The notes: generated from the letters alone by a model not told the origin. DNA of 59,032 nucleotides, filler included, from Basidiobolus ranarum (GCA_040143965.1; 9 parts of 9 records of this genome joined end to end with filler, not necessarily neighbours in it); one strand, 5' to 3'. Shown: positions 12,000 through 26,054, counted from the first letter of the whole stretch. Numbers and translations are program-made.

Positions 12000-12515
12000 A
12001 TGAAGAGCTGGACTATTCTTATTTGCTTGACCTTTTTGCTCCTACAAGTGATACTGGTTATTGCTGGTCAGGATGGCAACTATGTGCAGTGCGCTAGCAA
12101 ACCTCCCAAGAAAGTGAAACCCTCTCCTGTAAAAGTGGTATCCGGTAATGGTGATCTTCAGAAAATGCTCGCTCTAGTTAATCAGCAGCGTCAACAGAAT
12201 GGCATTAAACCACTTAAGCTCAACAATCTCTTGGTGCAGGCAGCTCAAAAGCATACCGATTATCAGGCTCGTGTTAACCAAATGACTCACGATGAACCTG
12301 GAAGACCTTTGAGTACCCGCGTCTCAGAAACTGGATTCAATTGGAGAGCTATTGGAGAAAATGTTGCCATGGGCTATGGTAGCATCGAGATTGTCATGCA
12401 AGGTTGGATGAACTCTGCCGGCCATCGTCGCAACATCCTTAATCCACAGTTTACTTCCTTTGGCTCTGGTTATGTTGCCAATGGAAACTACTGGACTCAA
12501 GTCTTTGGTGCCTAA
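12000..12515 (+). CDS. Secreted CAP/SCP (YkwD-like) domain protein
   Basis: Signal peptide MKSWTILICLTFLLLQVILVIAG; motifs LVNQQR, AAQKH, GENVA, WMNSAGHRRNIL, YWTQVF; intronless; TATATAAA about 70 bp upstream. Confidence 0.93.
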   Translation: MKSWTILICLTFLLLQVILVIAGQDGNYVQCASKPPKKVKPSPVKVVSGNGDLQKMLALVNQQRQQNGIKPLKLNNLLVQAAQKHTDYQARVNQMTHDEPGRPLSTRVSETGFNWRAIGENVAMGYGSIEIVMQGWMNSAGHRRNILNPQFTSFGSGYVANGNYWTQVFGA

Positions 12516-12986
12516 ATCACCTTACTTCGTGAGATGTTCATCATATTGATATGAAATTATTTAATAAATGATAATACACGATTACTTCACTGCTTATGCG
12601 CTGTGATCTTTTTTACTATTACTTGTAGCTGAACAAGTCTTAAATTTCAAGACAGTGATCCAAACTTGTATACCCTAGTAAGGGTTAGGGCTAGGAATGT
12701 CATAAAAACTTAGAATCTTTTTATGAAATAATGTTTGTCGAAAGACATTTAATATTATCAAGATTATAAATATGAAACATTAGCATTATGCTATTTGTAA
12801 TTGTTATGCATGGATTTATTACCCTATTTATGAGTAATCATTACGTTTGTTTAGTTTTTAGCTATACTACCTTTGAAATATTTATTGTATTCTCCTGTAC
12901 AGCAGCTTGTAATGATACCATTTTTCTGTAATGCCACTTGTAATGCTGGTATTGTCCAGTCACACAGTATAAAATCATGGTATTTT

Positions 12987-13095
12987 TGTTAAAGTATTTG
13001 GGAGCCTGTTGGAAGTGGTTTGGAGAATTAGAGGAATTGGTGGTTTTCACTTATTGATTTATTGAGTAGAAAGTTGACATTTATAGTTTTGTCAA
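12987..13095 (-). mobile_element. Copia LTR-A fragment cut by contig end
   Basis: Near-identical to the start of the copy at 45444 (TGTTAAAGTATTTGGGAGCC...). Confidence 0.88.
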
Positions 13096-13195
13096 NNNNN
13101 NNNNNNNNNNNNNNNNNNNNNNNNNNNNNNNNNNNNNNNTTAATTAATTAANNNNNNNNNNNNNNNNNNNNNNNNNNNNNNNNNNNNNNNNNNNN

Positions 13196-16009
13196 GACTT
13201 TAGTTTTGCCTATTGAGTCCACTGACTGTAGTTTGCCTCAAAGTTTTGGTAACACTGCCAAAAGTCAAGATACCGTGGAGTTACCACAGTTATATGACCA
13301 GAATGATGTAGGTCAAAATGCAACTTTGGTTGAACCAGTAAGTCCAGACAGCTTTGAGGACTTGCTGCTAGATGTTGACCTTGGTTATTCCAGTACAGAT
13401 GGTAGTACATCAGAAGTTGAAGAAGAAGACAATGCTTTTGTCATGGACTCTTTGTTATTGGCAAACATTAGCCCTGTTATAACATGCACAACAAAGTAAG
13501 CATTTTGATTATTGAGGAGTGGAGGGTTCAATCCAATCTTAGCAACCAGGTGTTTATTGGTTTTCTTACACTTTTACCATGGTTGATTGGCAACAGTTGC
13601 TTGCCACAGATCTGGTACAAGTGAAAAACACTTGTCAATCATATGACTTAAGATCCATCAGTAATTAAAATACCTGCATGTCCAAATGGTTGTTTGGCTT
13701 TCACCAGTGATCTGAAAAACCTGAAGTCATGTACTGTTTGCTCACAATTGGCCATCACTGAATCAGGTAAATATTTTTCATATTTGGCATTCATACCATT
13801 GATTCTCTGTCTTAAAGGTTTGATGAAAGCACCCAAGTATATATCATTGATCCATTACCAAAGTACTCACCGTAAAGCTGATGATATTACCAATATACCC
13901 ATTGAATATCACTACCAGAGTCTGAAAAGTCAGGGTTTCTTTGTGAACAAATATGATCATGCAATTGCCTTGGCCCTAAATAGCTTCTCACTAAACAAAT
14001 ATAACATTAGAGATGCTGCTGGCCCATAATTATAATTAAATTGAATCTCCTCCTGACAAATGGTATAAGAGTCAAGATATTTGGATACTATCCATCATAT
14101 CTGGACCTAAATCACCGGTGCTTATAGATAGCTTCTTTGAGGCTTTCATGGTAGAATTCAAATGGTTATCTAATGGGGTTCAGATAGGTTAATAATTTTT
14201 TAAAGCCAATATCATTGAATGTATTGGTGACACTCCTGCAATCAGTAGAAATGGAGGTTTTTGTGAGTACAATTCACTATCTTGCTGTAGATTTTGTCAT
14301 ATCAATGGAGCTTTCTCAACCAGTTACATGCATTACTACTCTCCAAAAGCAACACTAAACTCCATGATTTTACCATCAATAGCCTGGTCAGATTTCAACA
14401 TGCTCACTAATATCAATTCACCAAAAAGTCAGTTTAACATCAAACCTGGGATTAGCTGTAAGCCTAAGATTATTTTGCTAAAGGGGATCAGCTAGAGCCA
14501 GATATTCTCATTAGGCACTATGTACTTACTATTCAACAACATTCCAATAATACTTACTCAGCTTTACAGTAAAACTTCAATCTGAATGAGCTATTTGAGA
14601 TTGGATGAAAGTTTGAATTGATTGGAAAATGCTTGAAAACATCAAGATACCATCATATTTTACCAGAACTCCCATTAATATCCACTCATCTAGGTATTTA
14701 TTCAAATGAAGAGACTGGAAGTAATGGATTTGTATATATTGCAGTGGAATCTTGAAGACATTTCTGCCTGATAAGTATTACAAAATTGGCAGTTGTTTGT
14801 AGATATTTTTAGTATATTCTTATGGTATCAGCTCACATTGGCCTATCTCAGGCAAATACAGTGACTGTGTCAAGATTTTGTCATTGGATATGAAGAACTT
14901 TATTACAGGTTTAAAGAAGATAGATCAAACTTATGCAGGTATTCAGTACATTCCCAGCTGCATCTTGCATGATACTTAGAGACTATAGGCCCTTGCTATG
15001 AATTCTGTGAGTTCCCAATGGAGTGCGCCTGTGGTGAAATGATGCTCTGTGTGCAATTGTCAGTATAACCATATACTATTCTGATTAACAATGTATCAGC
15101 AAAATCAGTGATGGATGTAATGCAATGGGTTAAGGAGACTCCAGCCTAACCATAACCTTAACCTTCTAACAAAGGGATCTTTTCAATCTGCTCATGGGTT
15201 TTCATACTGTTTGAGCACAACAACAGCTACAAAAACAAACCCATGGACTCTGAGTAAGTACCTCTATAATTTGTACTAATTTGTTTATGTGATAATCTGA
15301 TGGTGTTTTTATGAAAACTCCAAGACAAACTTCTTGGTGAGATAGATCAAGATATGCAGTATTATTGTTTTAGCAAGAGGTAATCTATTCAACCAATGAC
15401 ATATCTACTTGTGGCAGGACATTTGTTGACTGAAAGTTCAGGATAATTTGGCTGAATTCTCTATGGAAATTTGCCAAAGTCCAAGAGGTTATTCTCATTG
15501 TGAATGGTAACAAGAGTCAGCCATTTGCCAAGTGTTGGTGCTATTCAAAATTACAGATATTTAACAATTTTCCATCATTAGTTTGCTGGTAAAGCATATT
15601 GATGGTATTGAGTTATGTATGATCATTTAAGTTTGTGCATATGTAGAGACTAAAGACAACATGATTCTTGCATTTTTTGAGTCTCATTATGGCTGGAATA
15701 CAAAGCCTAAAATAACAAAATAAAAGCATGCATACTAACTCAAACTCCTATAGCAGAAAACTCAGTAATTTTCCATTCAAAAATTAGCTTTTTGCAAAAA
15801 TTGTTGGAAATTGAATAATACATGCCAAATATGAGCATCAATCTTTTACCATGTTTGAATATCATTAAAATACCATTAAGAAGCTGCTATATTAACATCA
15901 AAATTCCTGGCAGAATGTAAGCTACCAATATTGTGATGGTCCCCTGACAGTTTTGCAATCCAGAAGGGTGGATCTGCTCCAGATAAAAGCCATTTTATTT
16001 TTGTTAGGG
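13196..16009 (+). mobile_element. CACTA/EnSpm Tnp2 transposon, degenerate near-complete transposase plus 3' terminus
   Basis: CPNGCLAF...CTVC zinc motif, IISGPKSP, IGDTPA, CRFC; many stops and frameshifts; ends TTTTGTTAGGG at 16009. Confidence 0.9.
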
Positions 16010-16561
16010 TATAGAAAGAATAAAAACAGCTAAACAGTATCTAATATGCAGAAAGTTAATAAACCTAGGTAAAAAGTAAAGGAGTTGGTGAGTTTTGGCT
16101 CTATTGTCAGATTAACCAATTTCTTAAACACCTTTACAAAGACATGTATTTCCTAAATTGGCTACACCAGCAGATATACTGACAGAAAAGCTTGATTTTA
16201 CTGTGCAACTGAGACCACCACTGTAAGAGTTTTAAAGTCAGAAGTGTATCCAATACCTGGCACATCTCAACAATTTATACCACCATCAAATAAGACTCAT
16301 GGTGCTCCAACCTCAACTTGTATACTTCAAAGTGTTGAAATTAGCCCCAACTTAAATACATGCAAAAAATCACCCAAACATTCCAAAGCACACCAAGTAG
16401 TATCACACAAATAAGGATGTAAAAATTGCTAAAAGTGCTTGAAGAGTATCTTAAAAAGTGTGAAGGGAAAACACCATGCAAGTATGCAGCAAGTGGCTTC
16501 AGAAGAAGTATATTCAAGTTGACATTCAGTTTGGTGTTGACTGTTCAAATATCTGGGAAGA

Positions 16562-16693
16562 ACTTAACATAGAGTGGCATAATACTGCAGGGATTCCACC
16601 AGATAGTGGGAAGAAAGTTGAGTCAGTAACATTGATACCACAGTGAGTTTGATGGAGTTACTGATATAAACTCATGTTGGATATAAGCTCAAC
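16562..16693 (+). repeat. Unclassified dispersed repeat; homologous copy inverted at about 45805-45936
   Basis: Clear nucleotide similarity between contigs; coding-like translation EELNTEWHNIAGYLPDSWK...LIQTHVGYELN. Confidence 0.7.
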
Positions 16694-18473
16694 ATTGTTT
16701 ATGAAGCACCTTTTAACAGCATTCAGGAGAATATATTTGAGAAACTAGGGACTTCAATGGTGATAAACAAGCATTCAAGTGGTAAATGTCTAAAATTTGT
16801 GTTTCAATCTTTTCACATATGTGGATCCATAGCTCTCTGATATTGGAACCATCATGTGCCACTACATAGCAAGATTGTTACACTTCACTCAAAATTGTTA
16901 GTTTCACTCCTAGAATTGAAAGAATTCATCAAAATCAATGCCAACTTGACAATTTCATGATGGTAAGTAACTGGTCAACCTAAAATGAATTTGTTGGGAT
17001 TTGCTCTCTTATGATAATCCTTCACAAATTTCTGTTAGGATACATTGTGTGTAAGCAAATCTCACACTTCACCATCTTCTTTATTTGCACCTCTCCTGCA
17101 CATCTTGAAATCCTCATAGTAATAAACAATATGTATAAATCTTGGAAACTGCTACACAGATTATTCTTGAGCCACACTCAGCAAATTCCTTTATATTTTT
17201 CTATCATCAGTGAGCATTTGAAAACCAATAATTAGTGGAGACAAAAGTTATTGGATATTAGAAATTGGCAGTTGCTGTAAAAACTAGTTTTGATTGCTCT
17301 CACAGCCAAATCTGGCAAAACTCAGCTCAAATTTTTCTGTTCAACTCTATCAGAATCACACAATGAAAATAGAGTTAATCAGAGAGATTTATTTTGAAGG
17401 AAATTTCATGATCCAACCCACCTGAGGAGCTGAGCAAAACTTGACAAGAATAAAGATTTATCTACTGCAAATGGAGTTGCTGGCAGCTTTGATACCATTA
17501 ATACATGCATGAATATGTTTGGCAGGTGATTGGAAACACACACAAAAGGAGCAAAAATATTTCTTTTCATCAATCATTTTATTTACCTTTGACTCATTAA
17601 ACACATTATTAGTCAGTGAAGTGTGTTTATACATTTTAGCAAAGAAAAATAGTATTTATTTAGAAATAAACTTAAAATGGAACTCTTTAAGGGTTATAGA
17701 ATGTTTGGGACCTTAAGTAAATGTTATGTTAACAAATACAAGTATGGGGTATCAAATTAAATATTTGACCTTAAGAAATAGCTTTATGAGAATTCCAGAC
17801 ATGTGATATTCAGTTTAGTATAAACATGAGGCATGATTGATTTCAAATAACAAAGTAAATATAAATATGCATCATTGAGTTAGTGACCATGTAAACTTTT
17901 GTTTAAGAGTATATTCCAAATGTAGAGGTTATATTATATATGGGAGCTACAACAAAATTAGTGGTAAAAGATGTATCAGTGCTGATATCAACATGACCTA
18001 AATATCAGTATAATTCTATCAAACTTAGCATTCACATAATATATCAAAATCTCAATTGCCTTTTCCAATGTATTTTATTGGAATTCTTTTCCCAACATGG
18101 AAGTCAGACAATATATGGATTTTTGAAGCTTATTCACGAGATACTCTGCTTCCCACACATTTTCACACAATCTTCCTTGCCACATTCCAAATACTTATTA
18201 GTTTAGCTTTTATCCAATTCAGGGTATCACCACAAATCATTAGCTTTATGAGGCACATTTAACAATCTTTCACCACTGCAAATACTGCAGATTCATGACA
18301 ACACTCTTCATATATCTCTACCTAATTGTATATCTTATTTGTCCAACATAGTGTTACATCTTCTTAGCAATGAAATATCACATGCTCTATGAAAGATTTA
18401 AATAAAGTGTACTAGTTCTTTTTGTACAAGTTATGAATCAGTGGATTACATATTATCGATCAATTCCATCAGA

Positions 18474-19675
18474 CCCTAACAAAAGTAAAATTCATTTGAT
18501 CTGTATTGGATCCACCCTTCTAGATCACAAAACTGTCAGAGAACTATCACAATATTGGTGGCTTGCATTCTGCCAGGGATTTTGATGGTGTGACAGCAGT
18601 TTCTTGTCAGTATTTTGATGGTATTGATACATGTAAAACTATTGATCCTCATATTTGGCATGAATTATTAATTTCTAGCTATTTTTGCAAAAATTAAATT
18701 TTTGAATGGCAAATTACTGGGTTTACTGCTGTAGGAATTTGAATTGATATGCATGCCTTTATTTAGATATTTTTGGCTTTGTATTCCAGCTATAATGAGA
18801 ATCAAAAAATGCAAGAATCTTGTTGTATTTAGTCTCTACATATGCACATACTTGACTGATCAGACATAACTCAACAACATCAATATGCTTTACCACCAAA
18901 CTAATGGTGGAAAGATTGCTAAACATCTGAAATTTTGAATAGCACTGACACTTGGCAAATAGCTGACTCTAGTTACCATTGACACTGGGAATAAGCTCCT
19001 AGATTTTGGCAAATTTCCATAAAGAATTCAGCCAATATATCCCCAATTCACAGTGACCAAATGTCCTGCCACAAGTAGATGTGCCATTGCTTGAATAGAT
19101 TACCCCATGGCTAGAACAATAATACTGCGCATCTTGATCTATCTCACCAAGAAGTCTGTCTTGCAGCTTTCCTTGAGATACCATCAGATTATTACACAAA
19201 CAAATTAGTACAAATCATAGAGGTACTTACTCTGTGTCAATGGATTGGGCTTTGTTGCTGTTATTGTGCTCAAACAATGCAAAAACCTGTAAGCACATTG
19301 AAAAGAACCCTTTGATGGAAGGTTACTATTATCTGGAGTCTCCATAACCTACTGCATTACATCCATCACTTAATTTGCTGATACATTGTTAATCAGATTA
19401 GCATACAGTAATACTGATAATTTCACAAAGAGCATCATTTCACTGCAGGTGTGCTGCAGTGAGAACTCCCATAATGTATAGCAAGGGCCTATAATCTCTA
19501 AACATTGTGAAAGATGCAGCAGGGAATGTATTGAATACTGGCTTGCATTCAGTCTATCTTCTTCAAACCTGTAATAAAGTTTTTCATATCCAATTACAAA
19601 ATCTTTGCACAGTTACTGTATCTGCCTGAGATCTGCCAATGTGAGTTGATGCCATAAGAATATATTAACAATATC
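18474..19675 (-). mobile_element. CACTA/EnSpm Tnp2 transposon, 3' part with terminus
   Basis: Starts CCCTAACAAAA and is closely similar to 4690-6060. Confidence 0.9.
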
Positions 19676-20103
19676 NNNNNNNNNNNNNNNNNNNNNNNNN
19701 NNNNNNNNNNNNNNNNNNNTTAATTAATTAANNNNNNNNNNNNNNNNNNNNNNNNNNNNNNNNNNNNNNNNNNNNAAGTGATATGGACAAGATTTGGATT
19801 TGTGAATTATACACATGAGTTTTATTGAATTGAATATATCCTATTTGAATTTTACTATGAAATAGGATTATTGGACAAGCTCAGATCATAACAAGCATGC
19901 CTGTCAAGCATGGGTGAAAATTTCAGGTGATTTGGAGAAGTTTTGAGAAAATAGTGAAAATTGGTAAAAGTGATCTAATTGATATTTCTATCAATTAGAG
20001 CAATAAACACATGTTTTTGAATGGCAGAATTGAGTGCTAAATAATCAGAATATGAATAAACTAACTACTAAATAATGAGTTGCTATTTACCTATTTTCGA
20101 CAG

Positions 20104-20370
20104 GTTGAAGAAGCAATAACCACCAAATATAAACCACAAGGTAGATGACTTGCTCCAACACATATTGCCATGCAACTGCAGCCACAGCCAGTTGCAAGAG
20201 ATGAAGCTTCTACTGTGGTGGAAGAGGCAAGTACTGCCACACACAAATCTCAAGGTATAAAACTTCCTCCAACATGTAGTGCCATGCTACCATGGCCACA
20301 GTCATTTAAAAGTGATGAAGTTTCTACCATGGTTAAAGAATCAAGAACTATCAAGCACAAACCCCATGTG
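20104..20370 (+). repeat. Degenerate 114-bp (38-aa) coding tandem repeat, about 2.3 copies
   Basis: Units start at 20104, 20218 and 20332: VEEAITTKYKPQG.., VEEASTATHKSQG.., VKESRTIKHKP. Confidence 0.7.
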
Positions 20371-21185
20371 AGACATTCTGGTGTGATGTGTAGAACTGTA
20401 CACCAGAAGCAAAGACTGGTTGACTATTAAGTGAAGGCTCCACATTGGAAGAAGATACAATAGATACAAACAAACTACAAACTAGACCAGACAAGCCAAT
20501 GCATACCACAGCACATCAACCTTGAGCCACAACCTATGCTGGCCAAGGTGGAGGAACTTAGGCAGAATCAAACTAACCAACCCAGTGCAGAGGTTCAAGC
20601 AAAGTTCCTTTTGCGGAAAATCAAGGAGACAACAAAAAAAGCACAAGCAAATCAGTATGTACTGCTTCAAAACTGGGCAACTGCTAAGTGCTCTTGTCAA
20701 TGCTTACATTATCCTCTCTTTAATGTTTAGTGCATCATGTATAATCAAAATGGATTGCAGTTAAATATATCATAAATGGGCTCAGTTGGATCATGATTAC
20801 TTATGTGTTTATGAAACACTGATGGTGTGAAATTGTCATATATCAAAGATATCAATGATATCCTATTAATAGAAACTGTTTCACTACAAATAAATGAAAA
20901 ATGTCTGTCAATAAAAAGCTTGTGTAGCCATATTGGCTTGATAGGGCTTAATCTGCTAACATTCTCACCCAATTAGAAGCTTACGTGCTTGAATGAATAA
21001 TTTGCAGATCCAAAAATGAGGAATCAAGCAATTCTGATCAATGCTTTCACACTGCAGATTGCTTGATCATCAAGTGCTCCAATTTGCCACTGGTGTGCCA
21101 AAACTACAAGTGTTTCTTAATGCAGGAGCCGTTGGGCTCAATTGGAGACCAGAATACTGTATGAGTGAGAGACCAATGATTGGCC

Positions 21186-21538
21186 TAAAAATATGTGAAT
21201 GTCTTGGTTAAACATTTGATTGGGTAAGTTACAGTATAAATTGCTTATTGTTACAAATTCATTAATTAGCAAGTTATAAGCTATGGGATGAACTTGCATT
21301 GTCAGTTACCCAAGATGTTAATTTGGCAACACTAAATTGGGTAATGTGGTACAAGCTAACACAATATCTCCAAAAAAATCATTGTGTCTGATTGTGATGG
21401 GATAATACCATATTGTTCCTTATAGTGTCCAATCAAGTGCTATAGGACTTAGCCATGGTAACAGACTGATTGTGCCAGATAATCTGTTAGCAGGCTGGAT
21501 TGTCCAGCACAATCAACCTGGTCAGATGGAACAAGTCT
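21186..21538 (+). repeat. Unclassified dispersed repeat; homologous copy inverted at about 39030-39381
   Basis: About 350 bp of clear similarity between contigs 4 and 6; CpG-poor. Confidence 0.75.
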
Positions 21539-21819
21539 CTTAATTGATTCTTTCAATCTTCATGGGTTTTATGGCATTTTTTCTTGCAAACTTCTGAAGG
21601 TATGAAGATATAGTATTCACTCTAAAGCAGAGTCAAAAGTTGATACCACTTTTGTCTAATGCCCCCTTCCCCAGAATGTGTCCAGTATATTAATAACTTC
21701 CATAAGTCCAAACAAGAAATCATAGTGGATACCTAAGCATCTATAAAATCATTAGATGCCAGCTGCTTAGCACCACCTACACAATCATTTGACTTCACAC
21801 AGAAAATTCTCCAGACTAG

Positions 21820-23466
21820 ATTAACCTTCCAACAAAGGGCTTTTTTCAATGAGGTCATGGGTCTTTTCACTGTTTGAGCACAATAACAGCAATAAAGCCC
21901 ATTCCATGCACTCAGAGTAAGTACCTCTATAACTCAGACTAATTTGCTTGTGTAATAATCTGATGGTATTTCTTGGAAAGCTGCAATATAGACTTCTTAG
22001 TGAGATAGGTTGAGATATGCAATATTGTTGTTTCAGCTATTGGGCAATATATTGAGCAATGACACAGCCACTTGTGGCAGAACATTGGTTGACTGCAAGA
22101 CAGGAAGATTCTTGTATTTTTTGATTCTCATTATGGCTTGAATACAAAGCCTAAAGTGTCTAAATAAAAGCATGCATATTAATTCAAATTTCTATGGCAG
22201 TAAACCCAGTAATTTGCCATTTGAAAATTAATTTTTTGCAAAAATTGTTGGAAATTAAATACTGCATGCCATGTATGAGGATCAATAGTTTACCATATAT
22301 GATTACTTTCAAAATACCATCAAGAAGTTGCCATCTCAACATCAAAGTCCCTGGCAGAATGCAAGCCACTAATAATGTGATGGTCCTCCAATGGTTTTGC
22401 AATCCAGAATGGTGGATCCAATTTGGATCAAAACAATTTTATTTTTTTCAGAGAGTTTAAAGAGATCATGTGCCCAAGTGTCCTTTGAAGTGGACCTGTG
22501 ATGAGAAGATGCTTCAGGTGAAATCATTAGTGCTACCTTATGCTACTCCTATTAGCAATGTAATAACAAAATCATTGATGGATATAATGCAAAGGTTTAA
22601 GGAAACTCCAGGCAACAGTAACCATCCAATACAAGGCATGTATCAGTATGCTCATGGGCTTTTGCATGGTCTGAGCTCAATAATAGCAATAAAACCAAAA
22701 CTGTAGATAGTTAGTAAGTATACCTTGCATATATATATTTCATTGATAGCATGATCTATCAGCATACCTAGGAAAGCTGCAAGAGAGACTTCTTGGTGAC
22801 AGAGATGAGGATACACAATACTTTTGCTTTAGTCATGGTATGATACATCAAAGTAACAATACTTCCACTTGCAACAGGATGTTTGCTGATTGTAAGTCAG
22901 GGATATTCTGGCTGAGTACCTTACAAAGATTTGCACAAATTAAGGAGCTTATTCTGATTTTCAGTGTCAGCAAAATTCATTTATTTACAAAGTGTCAGTG
23001 CAATACTAAGTTTCAGATGTTCAGCAATTTTGCACCACTATTGTGATGCCCAAGCACATTGATATTGCAGAAATGTGTCTGATTATTACAGTATGTGCAT
23101 ATGTAGAGACCAAACTGAACAAGATGCTACTATTTTTAGACTTCATTATGGCTGGATTACGTGACCCAAAATGCATAAATTAGAGCACGCAAGTTTATTT
23201 GAATTCATAAAGCAGCAAACCAATGAACATGCAAGTCAAAGAATGAATTTTTGATAATCTTACATAATATTGTATTATTCATACCAGAATTTCAGGATCA
23301 ATGTTTGAACATGACCAAATACCATTAGAATAGTATTCATTAACAACAATAAGACCACAAGAAATCTGGCAAAATACCAGTTGACAATTCTGTGACAGTT
23401 CCTAATGGGATCACTTCCATTGACCATGGATTAAATCTGGATCAAATTGATTTTATTTTTGCCAAG
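21820..23466 (+). mobile_element. Two tandem, internally deleted CACTA/EnSpm 3' fragments (about 21820-22450, and a more diverged 22470-23466)
   Basis: Both are similar to 15010-16009 and end in degenerate versions of the TTTTATTTTTG..GG terminus. Confidence 0.8.
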
Positions 23467-25460
23467 GCGCATAAACAGAATTTGGTTTTCTCCAAAGTCT
23501 TCAAGTCATCAGTTGCTATCATGAGTTCATTTTTATACAGAGCTAAAAAAGCTGCATTTGTCTTATCTAGACTGATGTGTATGCTATAGTCAGTATTACA
23601 CTCTTGGAATTTGAGTGCTTCCAACACAGCTTTTATTGTCTTATTCCAAGCTGTTGGAGATTTTTTAAGCCATAGAGTGTTTCCAGAGTCTGAATACTTT
23701 TTTAGAGTTCTCTGGGTCCACAAATCTATCTGGCTGGTACATATAAATCTCCTCAGCCAGCTTATCTTTCAAAAAGCTGTTTACCTTCTAGTGGATGTTT
23801 AATAAACTGATAATTAGCTGACATTGCTACATTTAACCTAATTGAACTAAGCTTTGCTACAAGAGCAAAAGTTTCTGTACAGACTATTCCTGGTGTTTGG
23901 GAATAGTCTGGCACTATTATACTAGCTTTGTACCTTTCTATATTGCCACCTGAGTGGTATTGGACTTTGAATACCCATTGTCAGCCAATTAATTTTCTAT
24001 TATTAAGTAGGTTGGTTAAAATCCAAGTAAAGCTTCTGACTATATATTTTGAGCTTGATTAGCCTGAATTTTGGTTCAAGGGTCCACAGGCATATTATTT
24101 TCCTCACTGTTGTGGTTTGAATCAATTTGCATGATTGGACTGGGAGAAAATTGAATTTTGTCATCATCTGGGATCTTTTTGGGTGAAAACTTTGCGTTTT
24201 CGTCAAACAAAACATTCCTAGACTTGATTAGCTAGAGGTTTTTGGTATCATATGGTCTTTAGATCTCAGTTTGAGTACAATAACCTAGAAATAAGTATAA
24301 CTTACTTCTAGGATCAAATTTTGACTAATTTTTGTTGTAGTTTTGATGTAAATATGGAATTCAAGAATCTTTAAAATTTTACATTAGGTTTAACTTTAAA
24401 CCAAGCTTGACATGATATAGAGTTATAAGAACTTCTATTATAACTCCTGATCTTCAGATATACCGCTGTAGAAATCAATTAGGCCTAATATATACATAAT
24501 AAAAGTTGTGCATTTATCATATATCTTGCTATTCCTATCATTTCCCTGTTAGCTATTTCAGCAACTCTATCATGTTGAAGTGGACAGGTAGCAGTAGTTT
24601 CTTGCTCTATTTCATGAGCTTTGTAAAAGTGATTAAATAGTAACAAAGTGTATTCTTCACCTTTATCTGTACATTTTTTCTTGATTGTAGTTCCAGTATC
24701 AGTCTTGACAAGAGTTTTAAGATCTATGAAGATAGAGTGAGCATCTTCTTTTCTTTTCACAAGGTTGACCCCATTTTATGTTGTACTATCATCAATAAAT
24801 GTGATTAAATAAATTTTTCCGCCTAAAGATAAGTTTTGCTTAGGTCCCCACAATTTGAATGAATTAGATCCAATTTGTTGACAGATTTGATTAAACGGGA
24901 GCTTTTGAATGGTTGACTAGCTTGCTGCCCATATATACAACCTTCATAAATTTCCATTTTGGTTGGAGGGTTTATTTGAAATCATGAAATTAAGCTATTT
25001 GCAATCATTTTGCTCAAATGATCAAATCCTTCATGTATTTGCACTTAAACATCTTGGATCATATGCATATATGAATAAGTTCTGATTCTTTGATCCCAAA
25101 CCTGAATATTCCCTATTTTCCCAGTGATTGTGCATCCAGGCTTTTCAAAATTGCCCTTCTGAGGTGGCTTGTATACAGAAATTAAATTCATGGCAATATT
25201 TGGAACTTATAGTACATTCTCAAAAGTATACACTTTCTCTTCAGCAGCTCCAGTTGAATTAACTTATATTGTTCTCATTCTAATGGCTTCCAATGTATGG
25301 TCATCTCTTATGAAAACCATTCCAATTGGGTTTTCTTCATAATCCATAACTAATGTTTTTCATTTGTGAAATGTGAGGAGGCTCTAGAATCAATATAACA
25401 TGTCTGAGAATTCTAATTGGCAGTCATAGACAGATCAGATACAAAAAGTGATTGCCTATT
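23467..25460 (-). mobile_element. Degenerate Ty1/copia pol: protease, integrase, reverse transcriptase
   Basis: Minus strand: YIDSRASSHF (about 25380); integrase TDKGEEY...PLQHDRVAEIANR; RVT_2-like WVFKVQ..RYKA..ETFALVAK. Order PR-INT-RT is copia-type. Confidence 0.88.
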
Positions 25461-25585
25461 TGTTGGAGGATCTTGACATAATGGTGTTGGACTTTGTATA
25501 TTAGTGGCAACTTATGATAGTATTTTTTTGTTACTTCATTCTTAAGAGAAAATGGTGACTTCTATAGTAGAGAAGTAAATCAATT

Positions 25586-25777
25586 GTTTGAGATATTCAG
25601 GGGTTTGTGCAATAAGATATAATAGATAAGTGCAGGTAATATGACATACTAGTTATAAAGATATAGAGATACTCCTATTTGCAATATAGGGGCTGTTAAT
25701 ATGTTGCTTTCTGTTTCTGATGTATATTTCATAACTAAAGTTAACTATGATGTTGAATAAAGATTAATTATCCAACA
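25586..25777 (-). mobile_element. LTR-B solo LTR, about 192 bp
   Basis: TG...CA ends; inverted homolog at 26055-26247. Confidence 0.75.
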
Positions 25778-26054
25778 GCCTGCCACACAAGTTTCAGAGA
25801 CTAGTAATGGCTCTTGAAGCAAGAACTGAAAATATGCCCTTATATTATGTATTTATATTAGGATCCAACCAAAAGAATGAAGAAAATGCCTCAACAGGCT
25901 ATGGAAACCCTCCTGAAAGATCCAAAGCACATAAAGAAGAAAAGTAACACATTCTGTGATTAATGTAAAACAACTGGCCATTTAAGCAGTAATTGCTTTA
26001 CAAGAATTGCCAAAGAAGAAAAACTTACCTAATCAGGATATGTGGTTGAAACAG
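25778..26054 (+). mobile_element. Copia gag fragment (zinc knuckle region)
   Basis: Homologous to about 4001-4302 (LPHKFQRLVMALEARTE...FCD*CKTTGH..NC). Confidence 0.85.
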
